Of a stretch of DNA of 61,254 nt, positions 25,950-36,057 are shown one piece after another. The notes under the pieces are model-generated. The model was not told the DNA's origin. It ran no database searches and saw only the letters and a list, made by a program, of their open reading frames with translations. The stretch lies in IMG/VR virus record IMGVR_UViG_3300025287_000001, one strand, 5' to 3'. The DNA comes from an uncultured virus (IMG/VR IMGVR_UViG_3300025287_000001) (lineage: Duplodnaviria > Heunggongvirae > Uroviricota > Caudoviricetes). The position numbers were made by a program, and so were the translations under genes. Numbering within the stretch: position 1 is the first letter of the stretch; each line of letters begins with the position of its first letter.

Positions 25950-28757
25950 TTAACTCCTATCGGGGTTATTTCTCTTATTTATATTATCCACCACGACCTC
26001 TGTCATCTTTTTCCCGTCAAGCTCAAGTCTTATTATCGTGGGCGCATCAGAGGACGAAGCGACTCTATCAAGGGTCGTGTTCTTTTCAAATCTAGAATAA
26101 AATTCTTTCCTCTCTCGCGTAGAAGCGGATGTCCTTGACCGCATCTCCGAGTTTACATTGTTTATCTTGTCAACTGTCTCTGTATTCTTTGTCTCCAAGT
26201 TTTCTTTGGACTTGGAAACTTCTTTAGAGATTGTATTATTACTCTCTATAGAATCATTTGCCGCCTTTATTATCTTATCTGCGCCCTTGTTGATGCTCAT
26301 TGCAAGCTCACTTTCCGGCATCAATTCAGATAGAGATTTCAAACCTCTAGCCACAGTCTTGATAAAGATCCAAAACATATTTTCTAGATTTGTCACAAAC
26401 GAAGAGAAATACTCTAATGCTTGATCGAATCCTCCTCCTGTAAATAGAGTAAAGAACCCCATAAGCAGGTTTGTTGACGCCGAAATGCCCTCAATGATCG
26501 CAGAGAATATCCCAACGACAGTATGAAGTGTACCCACCAAAGACTTTGCTATGACTTTTGCTGCTAGCGATATAATAGAAGTAAGAATATCAAGGGCCAC
26601 CCCCAAGACTCCTGACGACTCTCCTGTAATGCCAATAACATCTATCAGGGGGGAGAAAGCTTCTCGTAGTGTGTTTATAGCAGGCTCTAGGTCCTTGTAA
26701 ATATCATCTTTTACCTTATTAAACTCTTTGGATATTTCGTCAAAAACCATCGACAGGAATGACACTACTGTTATAAGTGCACCTAGCGGTGGCATTAGTA
26801 TGGATATAGCTATGCCAGCTTTCATCATCGCCTGCGCTACACTATCACCAGCTTTTCTAAAGTGATTAAAGAGCTTGGTTACGATCATTAGTGACACAGC
26901 CATTCCTGCTATTACACCAGCCACAGCGAGAGCAGGGGCAAGGATACCAGCAAACGCAAGAGCACCAACGGCACCAGCAATGGCAAGAGCGGGGATTAGC
27001 TTGCCATCGAAGCTGTTATTTATTTCCAAGACTGTATCGAGTATATCATTAAGCGTCTCTACAACAGGGGCTACGCTCACGGCGAAGGCTTGCCATAGTG
27101 CAGATAGCTTATCAGACAAGGTAACAGCAGATCTCGAAGCAGCCTCTATCTCTTCTGTGGACACCCCAAGAACATTCAGCGTTGCCTGATACTCTCCAAC
27201 TTCTTGCGAGAGAGTACCAAATAACTTATTAAGCTCGGATATATCTGTAATGCCAATAGCAGCACCGATATTCATCCTCTCGAACTTATTCATATTCTCA
27301 TATTCAAGGCCAGAAAGTCTCATGGCTTCTTGGATCATTTTTATCCTTTCGCCTTCTGTGGCGAGCATTGCCTCAGTGGCGTTTAGATAAGAGCCCCCTA
27401 GAGCCGCTGAGAGCCTCCCTGCGGCCTCTGCTGCCCCGTCAAAGGTGTCGAATTGGTCAACGATCCCGAGAAGCTCCTGCGTGGTCAGGGAGGTCGCCTT
27501 GGCGGCTGCCGCAACCTCTTCGAATACTTCGACTGCCTTTCTGCCGTAAGCGGCTAGTTTTGGTTGAGCATCTATGAATCCTTGTACCATTTTTTCCACT
27601 GGAAGTTCAAGAGACTTGGCCACCTTTACTAATCTAACAGAAACATTCTTCGCCTCTACAAACGACATCTGGAGTGATGATACGAGGTGGTCGAACATTC
27701 TAGCTGTGTCATCTGTACTGACCCCTAGATTCTCCATCGTCTTCGTGAAACCAATAATGTCTGTCTTATTTGCAATCTTGGAGAATGACGCAACCTGAGT
27801 ATAGAGAGAAATAAAGCCCTCTGCTGCATCTCGCACTGAGCCCCCCATAGACATCATATGGGTATTGCTTTGTTCTAGTACTCCTATCATTTCTCTGCTG
27901 TTACCTGTTAACCTTGCAACCATGGCAGAGGCTTCATCAAGCTCTGTTATCATTCTTGTAGTAGCAGCAATAAACGCTCCTGCAATAACAGCAGAAACGC
28001 CCATCAGTATAGCTTTATGATTAACGAGTATTTTATTTAATCTATCTACGCCGCTATTGAGGACCTTAACAGGGTTGCTCTGGATGGCCTTCATAAACTT
28101 GGCGGCACTCTTACCAGAGTCTAGCAGGCCATCCCCGGCAAAACCTATCTTGCTAAGAAAACCTGAAGTCGCATCCTCCAATCCTTCCATGGCCTCTTCG
28201 GCCAGTTCCATGCCTACAATAGAGGCCTTGGTCTCTGTGTTAAACTTATCAACTGCATCCTTTAGTTTAAGAAGCCTTTCTTCTTGTCCATCGAGGGCCT
28301 CATTTAAGGCTGAGATCTCAGATTCTTTCTCCTTGATGATCTCTAAAGTCTCTTCGTTGCCATCGTGACTGTCTTTTAGTGCCTGAACCTCTCTTTTCAG
28401 AAGTTCTATTCTATCCTTGGCATTGTTATCAATATTTTCATATTCTTTCTTGAGCTTTATGATAGCAGATAGTTCTTTTCTTGCCTTCGATATCTCTTTT
28501 TGCGTACTGTCAAATATACGCATGTAATCAGTAGCACCAGGGCTTTGCTGGTTATATAATTCTATCTCTTTGTTGATAGTAGAGATACTTTTCAGCATGG
28601 TCTCCAGGGATTCCGAGCTATTTTCAAAAGCATTGATAGTCTTGATATCGGAGAATGTCTTCCTTGTCTTACCTGATATCTTATAGAGCTTTTCCATGCC
28701 TTCAAGCATAGCCTCTATATCTTCTTTTGTAGCTGGTTTTTGGTTATCTTCTGCCAT
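25950..28757 (-). CDS. Tape measure protein
   Basis: 935 aa, Ala-rich and helical, with coiled coil and hydrophobic segments. Follows the tube and chaperone genes; C-terminal LELDGK. Confidence 0.85.
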   Translation of the reverse strand: MAEDNQKPATKEDIEAMLEGMEKLYKISGKTRKTFSDIKTINAFENSSESLETMLKSISTINKEIELYNQQSPGATDYMRIFDSTQKEISKARKELSAIIKLKKEYENIDNNAKDRIELLKREVQALKDSHDGNEETLEIIKEKESEISALNEALDGQEERLLKLKDAVDKFNTETKASIVGMELAEEAMEGLEDATSGFLSKIGFAGDGLLDSGKSAAKFMKAIQSNPVKVLNSGVDRLNKILVNHKAILMGVSAVIAGAFIAATTRMITELDEASAMVARLTGNSREMIGVLEQSNTHMMSMGGSVRDAAEGFISLYTQVASFSKIANKTDIIGFTKTMENLGVSTDDTARMFDHLVSSLQMSFVEAKNVSVRLVKVAKSLELPVEKMVQGFIDAQPKLAAYGRKAVEVFEEVAAAAKATSLTTQELLGIVDQFDTFDGAAEAAGRLSAALGGSYLNATEAMLATEGERIKMIQEAMRLSGLEYENMNKFERMNIGAAIGITDISELNKLFGTLSQEVGEYQATLNVLGVSTEEIEAASRSAVTLSDKLSALWQAFAVSVAPVVETLNDILDTVLEINNSFDGKLIPALAIAGAVGALAFAGILAPALAVAGVIAGMAVSLMIVTKLFNHFRKAGDSVAQAMMKAGIAISILMPPLGALITVVSFLSMVFDEISKEFNKVKDDIYKDLEPAINTLREAFSPLIDVIGITGESSGVLGVALDILTSIISLAAKVIAKSLVGTLHTVVGIFSAIIEGISASTNLLMGFFTLFTGGGFDQALEYFSSFVTNLENMFWIFIKTVARGLKSLSELMPESELAMSINKGADKIIKAANDSIESNNTISKEVSKSKENLETKNTETVDKINNVNSEMRSRTSASTRERKEFYSRFEKNTTLDRVASSSDAPTIIRLELDGKKMTEVVVDNINKRNNPDRS

Positions 28758-28770
28758 ATTAAAGTCTCAA

Positions 28771-28800
28771 GAAAAAAGGAGCCACTTTCATGGCTCCTTG
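28771..28800 (-). terminator. Rho-independent terminator
   Basis: Minus strand AAGGAGCCA-TGAAAG-TGGCTCCTT followed by TTTTC. Confidence 0.75.
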
Positions 28801-28801
28801 T

Positions 28802-28981
28802 TCAAATAGAATCTGGATCTACCTGCTTCCCGTTCATAGCTGCTATGTCGAGCTTCATTTCTTTTATGATCCTCTCGGCAAACCACTTTCGGAGAAGAAC
28901 AGGCAGATTATATGCCTCTATTAAAGAAAAGCCTCCTCTGTATATCAAGAAAAAGATTTCTTCGTAGCAAACCTTCTCCAT
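28802..28981 (-). CDS. Tail/baseplate assembly chaperone, second part (T4 gp51-like); not in ORF track
   Basis: Translated by hand: MEKVCYEEIFFLIYRGGFSLIEAYNLPVLLRKWFAERIIKE... It sits in the +1 frame relative to the upstream gene. Confidence 0.75.
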   Translation of the reverse strand: MEKVCYEEIFFLIYRGGFSLIEAYNLPVLLRKWFAERIIKEMKLDIAAMNGKQVDPDSI

Positions 28982-28991
28982 GTATATAGAA

Positions 28992-29900
28992 TCAAGGTCG
29001 AAAAAAGCTACTGTCTAGAGGCACCTCCATAACCCCTTCATAGTCACACTCTTCGCATTCGAAATCAAATGTCAAATCAATATCTCCACCAAGGCCATTA
29101 CTAATTTTTCTTAGCTCTGTAGTGTCTTTTGTAGGCATAACCTTGATTACCTCCCTTAGGTGGATCTTATCGGTTGCTACGATAAAGTTATCTCCTCCTT
29201 CTGGATCTGGGAATGCGATGGACTCGACAATCTTGACGAGTTGGTTGATGTAGGGCGTTTCCCTTCGCGCTTTCTTGTACTTGCTCGTCTTTCTTTTCTT
29301 CTTTGCTTTCTTTTCGGCATCAAGCTCCATCTTATCCCGAAGAGTCATTGGCCTTACCTTGATCTTCCACCCTGTGTTGCTAAGAGTAAAAGAGATAACA
29401 CCAGTTTTCTCGTCAATAGAGACGCCAGGGAACTCTTCTGTGTCTATGTGCCCAAAGTGAGTGTACTCGTACAGATCAAACTCATGCTTCTTTTTGTGGC
29501 CACAATCAACATTTGGGCACTTTACCGTTGGTTCATAACTGTTGCCGTATCCGAAAATCCTTGCGAACAAGAAAATAGCAGATACGTCTACCAGGGTAAG
29601 AGTCGAAGGATCAACATCATCCTTGATAACAGCCTTTAGGAACTCCAATTCTGTAGTGCCGAGCTTACTGTAGGTGTGGTTGGTAAGGATGTCTTCTTCG
29701 TTTGCCGTCAGGTGCTTTATTTCGATGGTTTCCTTTCCATGCAAAGGATGCCCTTCGGGATAAAGAAGACCTTTTGATGGCAATGCCACTTCCTCTGTCT
29801 TCTCAACAAATGGAAGTGGCATTGCCGCAGGAGCAACCGTATTACTCTTATGATTCTTTGGTATTCCTGCTTGTCTTAGCGCTTCTTGATTATTTCTCAC
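28992..29900 (-). CDS. Tail/baseplate hub assembly chaperone (T4 gp26-like)
   Basis: VALPSKG..YP, LTANEEDIL, ARIFGYG..Y, two Cys pairs (CPNVDC, CEEC) and terminal VPLD.SFF.P. Confidence 0.8.
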   Translation of the reverse strand: MRNNQEALRQAGIPKNHKSNTVAPAAMPLPFVEKTEEVALPSKGLLYPEGHPLHGKETIEIKHLTANEEDILTNHTYSKLGTTELEFLKAVIKDDVDPSTLTLVDVSAIFLFARIFGYGNSYEPTVKCPNVDCGHKKKHEFDLYEYTHFGHIDTEEFPGVSIDEKTGVISFTLSNTGWKIKVRPMTLRDKMELDAEKKAKKKRKTSKYKKARRETPYINQLVKIVESIAFPDPEGGDNFIVATDKIHLREVIKVMPTKDTTELRKISNGLGGDIDLTFDFECEECDYEGVMEVPLDSSFFRP

Positions 29901-29923
29901 TTAAACCTCTTTTGGTTGTTGTT

Positions 29924-30562
29924 TTATCGACTAAATGCGTCTGCGTTAGGATTCCAAACAATCTTGGAATCTCCAACAATAATGCCATTCTCGACAATAA
30001 CTGTCTCAGGCGAAGCCCAATCATATGTTATAGTCAGAGTCGTGTCAACCAAATCTTCAGAAGTATAATCCAGATCTCCGTTATCAACATTGGAAATCCA
30101 TGGATGATACAATCTCCATCTTTCGACGGGATTCTCATCAGGGTCCATCAAGATAAGCTCGAAATTCAAAAGAATATCTGTAGCTCTGGTCTTGGAGATA
30201 GTTCTTCCGTGAGGAACACCTTGACTGTCTTCATAGTGTCTCGAAGGGATGATATACCCAGACTGTCTGATCATTTCCGAGATTCGACCAGTTAAGTCAA
30301 GATCTATCGGATCAACCATAGTGATCGTGATATCATTCCAAGTGACCCTGCCAGGATACTTGTAGGTGTGGTTGATGTAAGCATGCTCTCCCTTACTGAT
30401 CTCGTAAGATGGTCTGGTCACATTCTTTACAACATATGCTGGTATAGAGTAAGGATTTCTCGAATTACTATCATCTATACCAAAGGCCACAATCCACTGG
30501 AATTTCCTCTTAGGTTCTGGTGGAAATCCTGGCTGGCTCCAAAAATTAGGCTTTGTAGGCAT
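29924..30562 (-). CDS. Tail tube protein (gp19-like)
   Basis: EPKRKFQW, RP.Y, YPGRVTWNDIT.T..DP, W.L...W, GDLDY and YDWA. Follows the sheath. Confidence 0.9.
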   Translation of the reverse strand: MPTKPNFWSQPGFPPEPKRKFQWIVAFGIDDSNSRNPYSIPAYVVKNVTRPSYEISKGEHAYINHTYKYPGRVTWNDITITMVDPIDLDLTGRISEMIRQSGYIIPSRHYEDSQGVPHGRTISKTRATDILLNFELILMDPDENPVERWRLYHPWISNVDNGDLDYTSEDLVDTTLTITYDWASPETVIVENGIIVGDSKIVWNPNADAFSR

Positions 30563-30576
30563 TTATTAGTCTCCTA

Positions 30577-33435
30577 TTATTCAAAATCTGAAGAGTTATT
30601 AGTAATCGCGAAATCAATCACCAAGAACTCGGTTGCTGTTACGGGTTTAACTAGTAACTTTGCATAAACAATGTTCCTATCAATTAAATCTTGAGTCGTA
30701 GTGGCATCATCGAGTTGAAGTTTGTACTGCTCGATACCAAACTTACTTTGAACATTGTTGAGTTCTTTCTCTGCCGGACCTCTGAACCTTTGCCACGTAA
30801 CATCGACGTTAGGATCAAAGAGAACGTTCCTGCCAAGCTCTCTCATCTTCGCCTTGAGGTAGTTAACCATTCTTCTAACGTTAATCCTAGTAAGGAGCGA
30901 ATCTTCCAAGAGAAGCGTCTTCTGCCCGTAGACAACAAAGCCGATAGAGGGGAATCTTGCAATAGGGTTAATGCTGTTCGTGTACAACTTATCCCTCTGT
31001 GGCTTATTCCACTTCCTTCTGATATTCACGACAGGAAGCCCTGCTGTGCCTTGCGACAACCCACCTCTGTTAAACCCTGCTGGAGCGAACCATGGTTGCG
31101 ATACTGCCTGTGAGTAGCTCATGACTCCTAGTGCTATAGTGCTAGGCGGAACATATAAGAGCCTCCCAGTTCTATTATCTCTAATCTGAACCCATGATGA
31201 GTAAACTGCCCCATGAGAACTGTTGATTGTCCTATCCTTGACCTCGTTAATCATCAAGTTAAGATCAGGCTCAACAGGGTAAGTGCTCGCAAGTCCCTCT
31301 GAGGCAGGTTGATAATCATTCTCTAGATCGAAGATAAACAATGCATCTCCTCTCTGCTCACAAATGTTAACGCCATACTCTGTTAGAGAACTATTTGTGA
31401 GCCCCGGAACTGTCATGATGTCTGTGTTCACAACATCTGTATCCCTGACGCTATCAATTGCTCTCTTGATGCTATTGTAAGCGTAATTATTAAGCTCAGT
31501 AGTACCATCAAGCATGGTGTTCCTGAAGGGATTGGTCTCTGTGATATCGAGACCATCAAAACCTCCTACAACAGGGACAGTGAACGAATTTTGACCAGCT
31601 TCAAGCAAGTCATAAGCATCGTTGCCGCTTGCAGTGTAGGAAGTACCGCCCGCTCTACTGCCAAGAGTCCACGTATATACGCCGTTAGATAACACCAAGT
31701 CATCTAGAGACACAATATAAGGAATTGAGGAGACATCAGTCGTAGGCTCTGTCGGGTCAATGCCTGCTGGTTTTGCGTGCACGATATCAGAATACGATGC
31801 GTCAAGAACATTCCTATTTGTCTCTCTAAAAGTAACGATACCCCAATAAGCATCTTCTGCTGATCTTAAGTTACCCTCCGAGGAGGTACTTCTGTGAACG
31901 TGCTTTGGCGGAACCAAATCATTAGCTGCGCCCTGCCCTGAATCGTAAACGCCGCCAGTGCTACCAACATCGTTGGCATATGCGATAACTTCTGTATCGT
32001 CATCAGGGGCAAGAACACTTGTGCCTGGAGCGTTCTCAATATAAGTTGCTGGGTGGTGATATCCAAACGGGAGCAATGCAGCGTCCAATTCTCCCCTGTC
32101 AAGAGAAGGAGAAACTTCAACCCTGATGTACTTTGACCTGTTAGGGTAGCTACCGACTTCTTCATACAACTTATCTGTCTCGTTCCAAGTAGTAGTCGTA
32201 TCCCCAATCTTAGCAGCAATATAGTCAGGCGAAGAAGGATCTAACTTAAGACCTGAGAAAACCTCAATCGTTCTAGGCACCTCATCACTATCAGAAACAC
32301 TTCTCACTTCCACAGTAAACGTACCATAATCATCCAAATTACTTCTTGGAGGTTGGACGTTCTTGATGGAAACTTTAAGGTTCTTGGACTCCCATGAGCC
32401 TGTTTCAAGACTGTGGATTCTAAAAAGCTCTTCCACAGGGTATTTGCCAGTAGTAGCATCACCAGTGAAGTCTGTGTTCGTGCCTACGTGTTGAGAGAGA
32501 ATCCAGGGAGTAACGCCTGCGGTCGCCTCCATTGTATGATCCTGCCCAGAGAGATCATCACTCAAGATAGGCAAGACAACAGCAGCTATTTCGCCAGTGC
32601 CAGCACCAGAAATATCAAGTTGATCATTTATGAATTGATCATATGTCTGACCTAACCAGTATCCAACGCCCGAATCACTTAGTTCTGTGTTCGTCTTGGT
32701 AGGGTTGGTGTTGGCAACCTTTCTAATGTAGTTTGCGCTTGTTCTATTAAAATTAATAGGTTTAGTCTCTACAACAGTACCTGAATCATCCCTTACCACG
32801 AGATTGAAGCCAGCATTGGCAGCATTAGAGGCAACATAAGCACCATCTGCAAGCGTAGCTGTCTGAGCAACCTCAGAGCCAGCACCAGCATCAAGGGCAA
32901 CGCCCTCAAGGGTCACAGAGCCACTTTCAACATAAAAGATAGCAGCAAGGTAAGAGCTTCCGCCGCCTTCTGCAATATATGTGTCTCCAGCGTTGTCGGA
33001 GGTTTCAGTTAGATAAACCCCGAAGGCACCACCGTTAGTGCCATCATTATCTACGGGAGTGTTGGCAGTAGTCCAACCAGCCTCAATAGTACCCCCGCCA
33101 GCAGTAGCATCAGGGTGGTTTGTTCCCAAGAGCCTCACGAAGGTAAGAGTATCGTTGTTAGCAAGCCAAGCCTTCGCAGCGTACATACCAAACGTAGCTT
33201 CGATAACATCACCAGATCTCCAGACATCCTGCGAGATGCCCGAAGAGTATGGTTGACCAAACATCTCTACTAATTCTTTACTATCTTTAACCGTAACAGG
33301 TCGCATTGCAGGACCTCTTTTTGCGGTCCCGACAACAACTGGGCCTGTGGGCCTGGGTCTACCTGCAAGTTCTGTATTATCCGTTTCATTAATGTAAACT
33401 CCTGGGGACTCCAGGGCGTTGTTCTCTACTGGCAT
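30577..33435 (-). CDS. Contractile tail sheath protein (gp18-like)
   Basis: SPGVYINE.D, VGTAKRGP, WFAPAGFNRG, LYTNSINPI, YGQKTL and RINVRR. Confidence 0.95.
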   Translation of the reverse strand: MPVENNALESPGVYINETDNTELAGRPRPTGPVVVGTAKRGPAMRPVTVKDSKELVEMFGQPYSSGISQDVWRSGDVIEATFGMYAAKAWLANNDTLTFVRLLGTNHPDATAGGGTIEAGWTTANTPVDNDGTNGGAFGVYLTETSDNAGDTYIAEGGGSSYLAAIFYVESGSVTLEGVALDAGAGSEVAQTATLADGAYVASNAANAGFNLVVRDDSGTVVETKPINFNRTSANYIRKVANTNPTKTNTELSDSGVGYWLGQTYDQFINDQLDISGAGTGEIAAVVLPILSDDLSGQDHTMEATAGVTPWILSQHVGTNTDFTGDATTGKYPVEELFRIHSLETGSWESKNLKVSIKNVQPPRSNLDDYGTFTVEVRSVSDSDEVPRTIEVFSGLKLDPSSPDYIAAKIGDTTTTWNETDKLYEEVGSYPNRSKYIRVEVSPSLDRGELDAALLPFGYHHPATYIENAPGTSVLAPDDDTEVIAYANDVGSTGGVYDSGQGAANDLVPPKHVHRSTSSEGNLRSAEDAYWGIVTFRETNRNVLDASYSDIVHAKPAGIDPTEPTTDVSSIPYIVSLDDLVLSNGVYTWTLGSRAGGTSYTASGNDAYDLLEAGQNSFTVPVVGGFDGLDITETNPFRNTMLDGTTELNNYAYNSIKRAIDSVRDTDVVNTDIMTVPGLTNSSLTEYGVNICEQRGDALFIFDLENDYQPASEGLASTYPVEPDLNLMINEVKDRTINSSHGAVYSSWVQIRDNRTGRLLYVPPSTIALGVMSYSQAVSQPWFAPAGFNRGGLSQGTAGLPVVNIRRKWNKPQRDKLYTNSINPIARFPSIGFVVYGQKTLLLEDSLLTRINVRRMVNYLKAKMRELGRNVLFDPNVDVTWQRFRGPAEKELNNVQSKFGIEQYKLQLDDATTTQDLIDRNIVYAKLLVKPVTATEFLVIDFAITNNSSDFE

Positions 33436-33461
33436 GTGTTATCCTCTGTTTTGTCTTTTTC

Positions 33462-33848
33462 TTATGCTAAAGACCAAAAATATGATCCTAGTAAATATCC
33501 TATTGCTCCAACAACGAGCATATAAAATCCGTATGCGACATTATATAGTGGTTTTAAATGTATTTTTTGTCTTATCTTGTAATCTAACAGTAATACCAAG
33601 GCGCACACAGGGATAAGCAGCAAGCTAATGAGCCCATTATGGCCCTTGAATATGCCAAAAAAGTGCCCATAAAGGAGGCTCCAGCCCAGAGGGGCTGCCG
33701 ATGTTACATAAGAGGATATTCTTAATTTCTCTGATATAGTGTCCCTCTTCTTCTTACTGAGAAGCGGCAATATATCATACGCGATTAATCCTATGATGCT
33801 AACCCATATAACTATATTTGTTATCTTTCCAAAATCATATTCAATCAT
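33462..33848 (-). CDS. Multi-pass membrane protein
   Basis: About 4 hydrophobic segments and a DTISE...GHF motif. Confidence 0.6.
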   Translation of the reverse strand: MIEYDFGKITNIVIWVSIIGLIAYDILPLLSKKKRDTISEKLRISSYVTSAAPLGWSLLYGHFFGIFKGHNGLISLLLIPVCALVLLLDYKIRQKIHLKPLYNVAYGFYMLVVGAIGYLLGSYFWSLA

Positions 33849-34228
33849 ACTTCAGGTCCTAGTATTCTAGTAAATCCAAATGATGCGAGCACATCAATAG
33901 GGCTTCCATTATCCACCAGGGGTGATCTAACAATAAAGACTCCACCAAGCAAATTATCGTCGCTATCATACCCCATGGCATTCTGATAATAAGCTGCATC
34001 AGGACAGCACTTGGCGAGAAGTGTTGGTATCTTGCTCGTTTCTCCTTCTCCAAAGAGGTTATACAAAACTTTGTACTCGACTCCTCCGTTATCGTAAATC
34101 GGAGCCTTATCCCAGACTCTTATGTCCCTAAGCTCTTCTGTTATATCAACGGTTTCCAAATTTGCTGCTGCTATCCTGAGGGTGTCACTTTTAATAACAA
34201 GCAAAACTGCGTACCGCCAATCTGTCAT
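33845..34228 (-). CDS. Hypothetical (probable virion) protein
   Basis: ATGA-coupled to its neighbours. Confidence 0.6.
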   Translation of the reverse strand: MTDWRYAVLLVIKSDTLRIAAANLETVDITEELRDIRVWDKAPIYDNGGVEYKVLYNLFGEGETSKIPTLLAKCCPDAAYYQNAMGYDSDDNLLGGVFIVRSPLVDNGSPIDVLASFGFTRILGPEV

Positions 34229-36057
34229 AGTCCTAAATCCTCAAATGTATACGAAGTCCACGCAGCAAGATCTGCTCTATCAGAAGAAGATAACACACCA
34301 TCTACAACAAACATCTGCGCCATCTGTTCAGGGTAGTACGAATCCAAAGTCCCGGCATCATCTCCGAAGATAACGCCAAGATCCAAACCAACATTTAAAG
34401 CAATGCCAGGGTTCTCCAGTCCTATCTGAACTCCATTCTCGTATATGGCCAAGAATGATGTTGTTGCCTGAGTTTCAAGAAGTAAATAATCCCCTCCTGC
34501 TGTTACGCCATCTGCCCTGACATCATCACCCCCAGACAGGAATCTCCAGTCAACTCCTGTAGACCTATGAAGCAAGTAAGCTCTGCTGGTTCCTAATATT
34601 GTTTGCCCATCCCATATGGCATACACTGCTGCTATATTTGGTTTTTGCAGGACTGCAATAATAGAATTATCGCTTGTTATGCTGTAACTATTCTCCATTC
34701 TGGAGGAGATGCCATCAAACTGGAGCACAGATATCCCTGTATTATCTGTCAGCACTGGCCTTGTTACAGAGCCGGTGGCCAATAGATCTTCATTTCCTAC
34801 TTTATCGGTAAGTCTTCCAATTGGGTCTCCGTTATCAGCCGGTACTGTTCCCCCTATATCCACAAACCTCGCATCTTCATCAGTAGGGTCATACCAGTTG
34901 GAAAGATTGTCTATCTCTAATGGCGTCCACTGTAATGAGTTCGAGAGCGATGGAGCACTAGTGCCTGCTGAGTTGGTGGCAGTAACTCTGCCCTCCAAGA
35001 CGGGGCCTATATCATCCTCTGTAAGCACGAAGGAGCCTGAAACACCGGAAGAGTAGGCAACAACACCATCTCTTAGCAGTTCATATAGATAAGAGTCTAC
35101 ATCTTCAGTCCAAACCCCGTCACTTAACGTTAAGGTGCCTCCAATAGTAAGATCTCCTGATAGAGTAGGGGCAGTATCAATTAGAGGCGTGGATATAAAA
35201 GCTTCATCAAACGGAAGAGTATCTGTATCTGTCAATAATTCTACATCGAACACAACCTGTCCTTTTGTCTGCCTCACGGACCTGAAAGGACTTTCTTGGT
35301 TTTGAGATTTTCCGTAGCTATAGCCCAAAACTCTTACAGATATATCTGTTTGGTAAAACTTATCCTTTGCGGTGAAATCATCTAAATCATCGTTGTGGTT
35401 AAAATCTGGGTCTATGAAGGCCTCGAATCTGTGGCCATTCTTTTCAACAACGAAATAATTCTGATTTCCTAACTCTCCCATTATAGTCTGCACTATAGTG
35501 TTCATCTGTTGTCTATAGTCTGTTCTTATCGAAACCGTATAAGAGACTTCAACGTAATAGACTTGCGGAATATACTTTACATCGTAAATTAATCTCGGAG
35601 ATTTCTCTCTCTTCACTTGAAACCTGACGCCAGAGTTAGGATATGAGTCTCTGTACGATTTCGTGAACTTCTGAGTAGTAGGACCGCTTAATCTTCTTGA
35701 AACGGCTATATGGCCTCTCTGCGCGCCAGAGAGAGAGGGCATGTTCGCCCAAAAAGTAGACTTCTTACTGATATCCTTCGAGAAACCTTCTCTTGTCACC
35801 GAAATAATAGGATAAATCAGACTTCCATCGCCATCTCTTATATCTTTATACTTTTCTGCTACGTATGCCCTTTCAAAAGTCGAAAATAGCACAGGAACCT
35901 TTTTATTACCCCTATTAGTAGAAACATTGATATTCAGATGGTCCCTGTAATACTCGAATAAAGCAGCATCTATAGTTTCAAGGCTGGATTCAAGAGATTT
36001 TTCCCAGTAAGGAAGCTCGTTTGTGTCTATGTTGTTATCTTCCATTAAAAGCACCAT
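34225..36057 (-). CDS. Tail terminator/sheath stabiliser (gp15-like) fused to Ig-like and LamG/concanavalin-like domains
   Basis: N-terminal KVPVLF..FER...YPIISV.R and V.Y.V.I.T....QMN. Then APTLSG....GGTLT.SDGVW (Ig-like) and WTPL...NWYD..D...LQFDG (LamG-like). Confidence 0.7.
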   Translation of the reverse strand: MVLLMEDNNIDTNELPYWEKSLESSLETIDAALFEYYRDHLNINVSTNRGNKKVPVLFSTFERAYVAEKYKDIRDGDGSLIYPIISVTREGFSKDISKKSTFWANMPSLSGAQRGHIAVSRRLSGPTTQKFTKSYRDSYPNSGVRFQVKREKSPRLIYDVKYIPQVYYVEVSYTVSIRTDYRQQMNTIVQTIMGELGNQNYFVVEKNGHRFEAFIDPDFNHNDDLDDFTAKDKFYQTDISVRVLGYSYGKSQNQESPFRSVRQTKGQVVFDVELLTDTDTLPFDEAFISTPLIDTAPTLSGDLTIGGTLTLSDGVWTEDVDSYLYELLRDGVVAYSSGVSGSFVLTEDDIGPVLEGRVTATNSAGTSAPSLSNSLQWTPLEIDNLSNWYDPTDEDARFVDIGGTVPADNGDPIGRLTDKVGNEDLLATGSVTRPVLTDNTGISVLQFDGISSRMENSYSITSDNSIIAVLQKPNIAAVYAIWDGQTILGTSRAYLLHRSTGVDWRFLSGGDDVRADGVTAGGDYLLLETQATTSFLAIYENGVQIGLENPGIALNVGLDLGVIFGDDAGTLDSYYPEQMAQMFVVDGVLSSSDRADLAAWTSYTFEDLGL

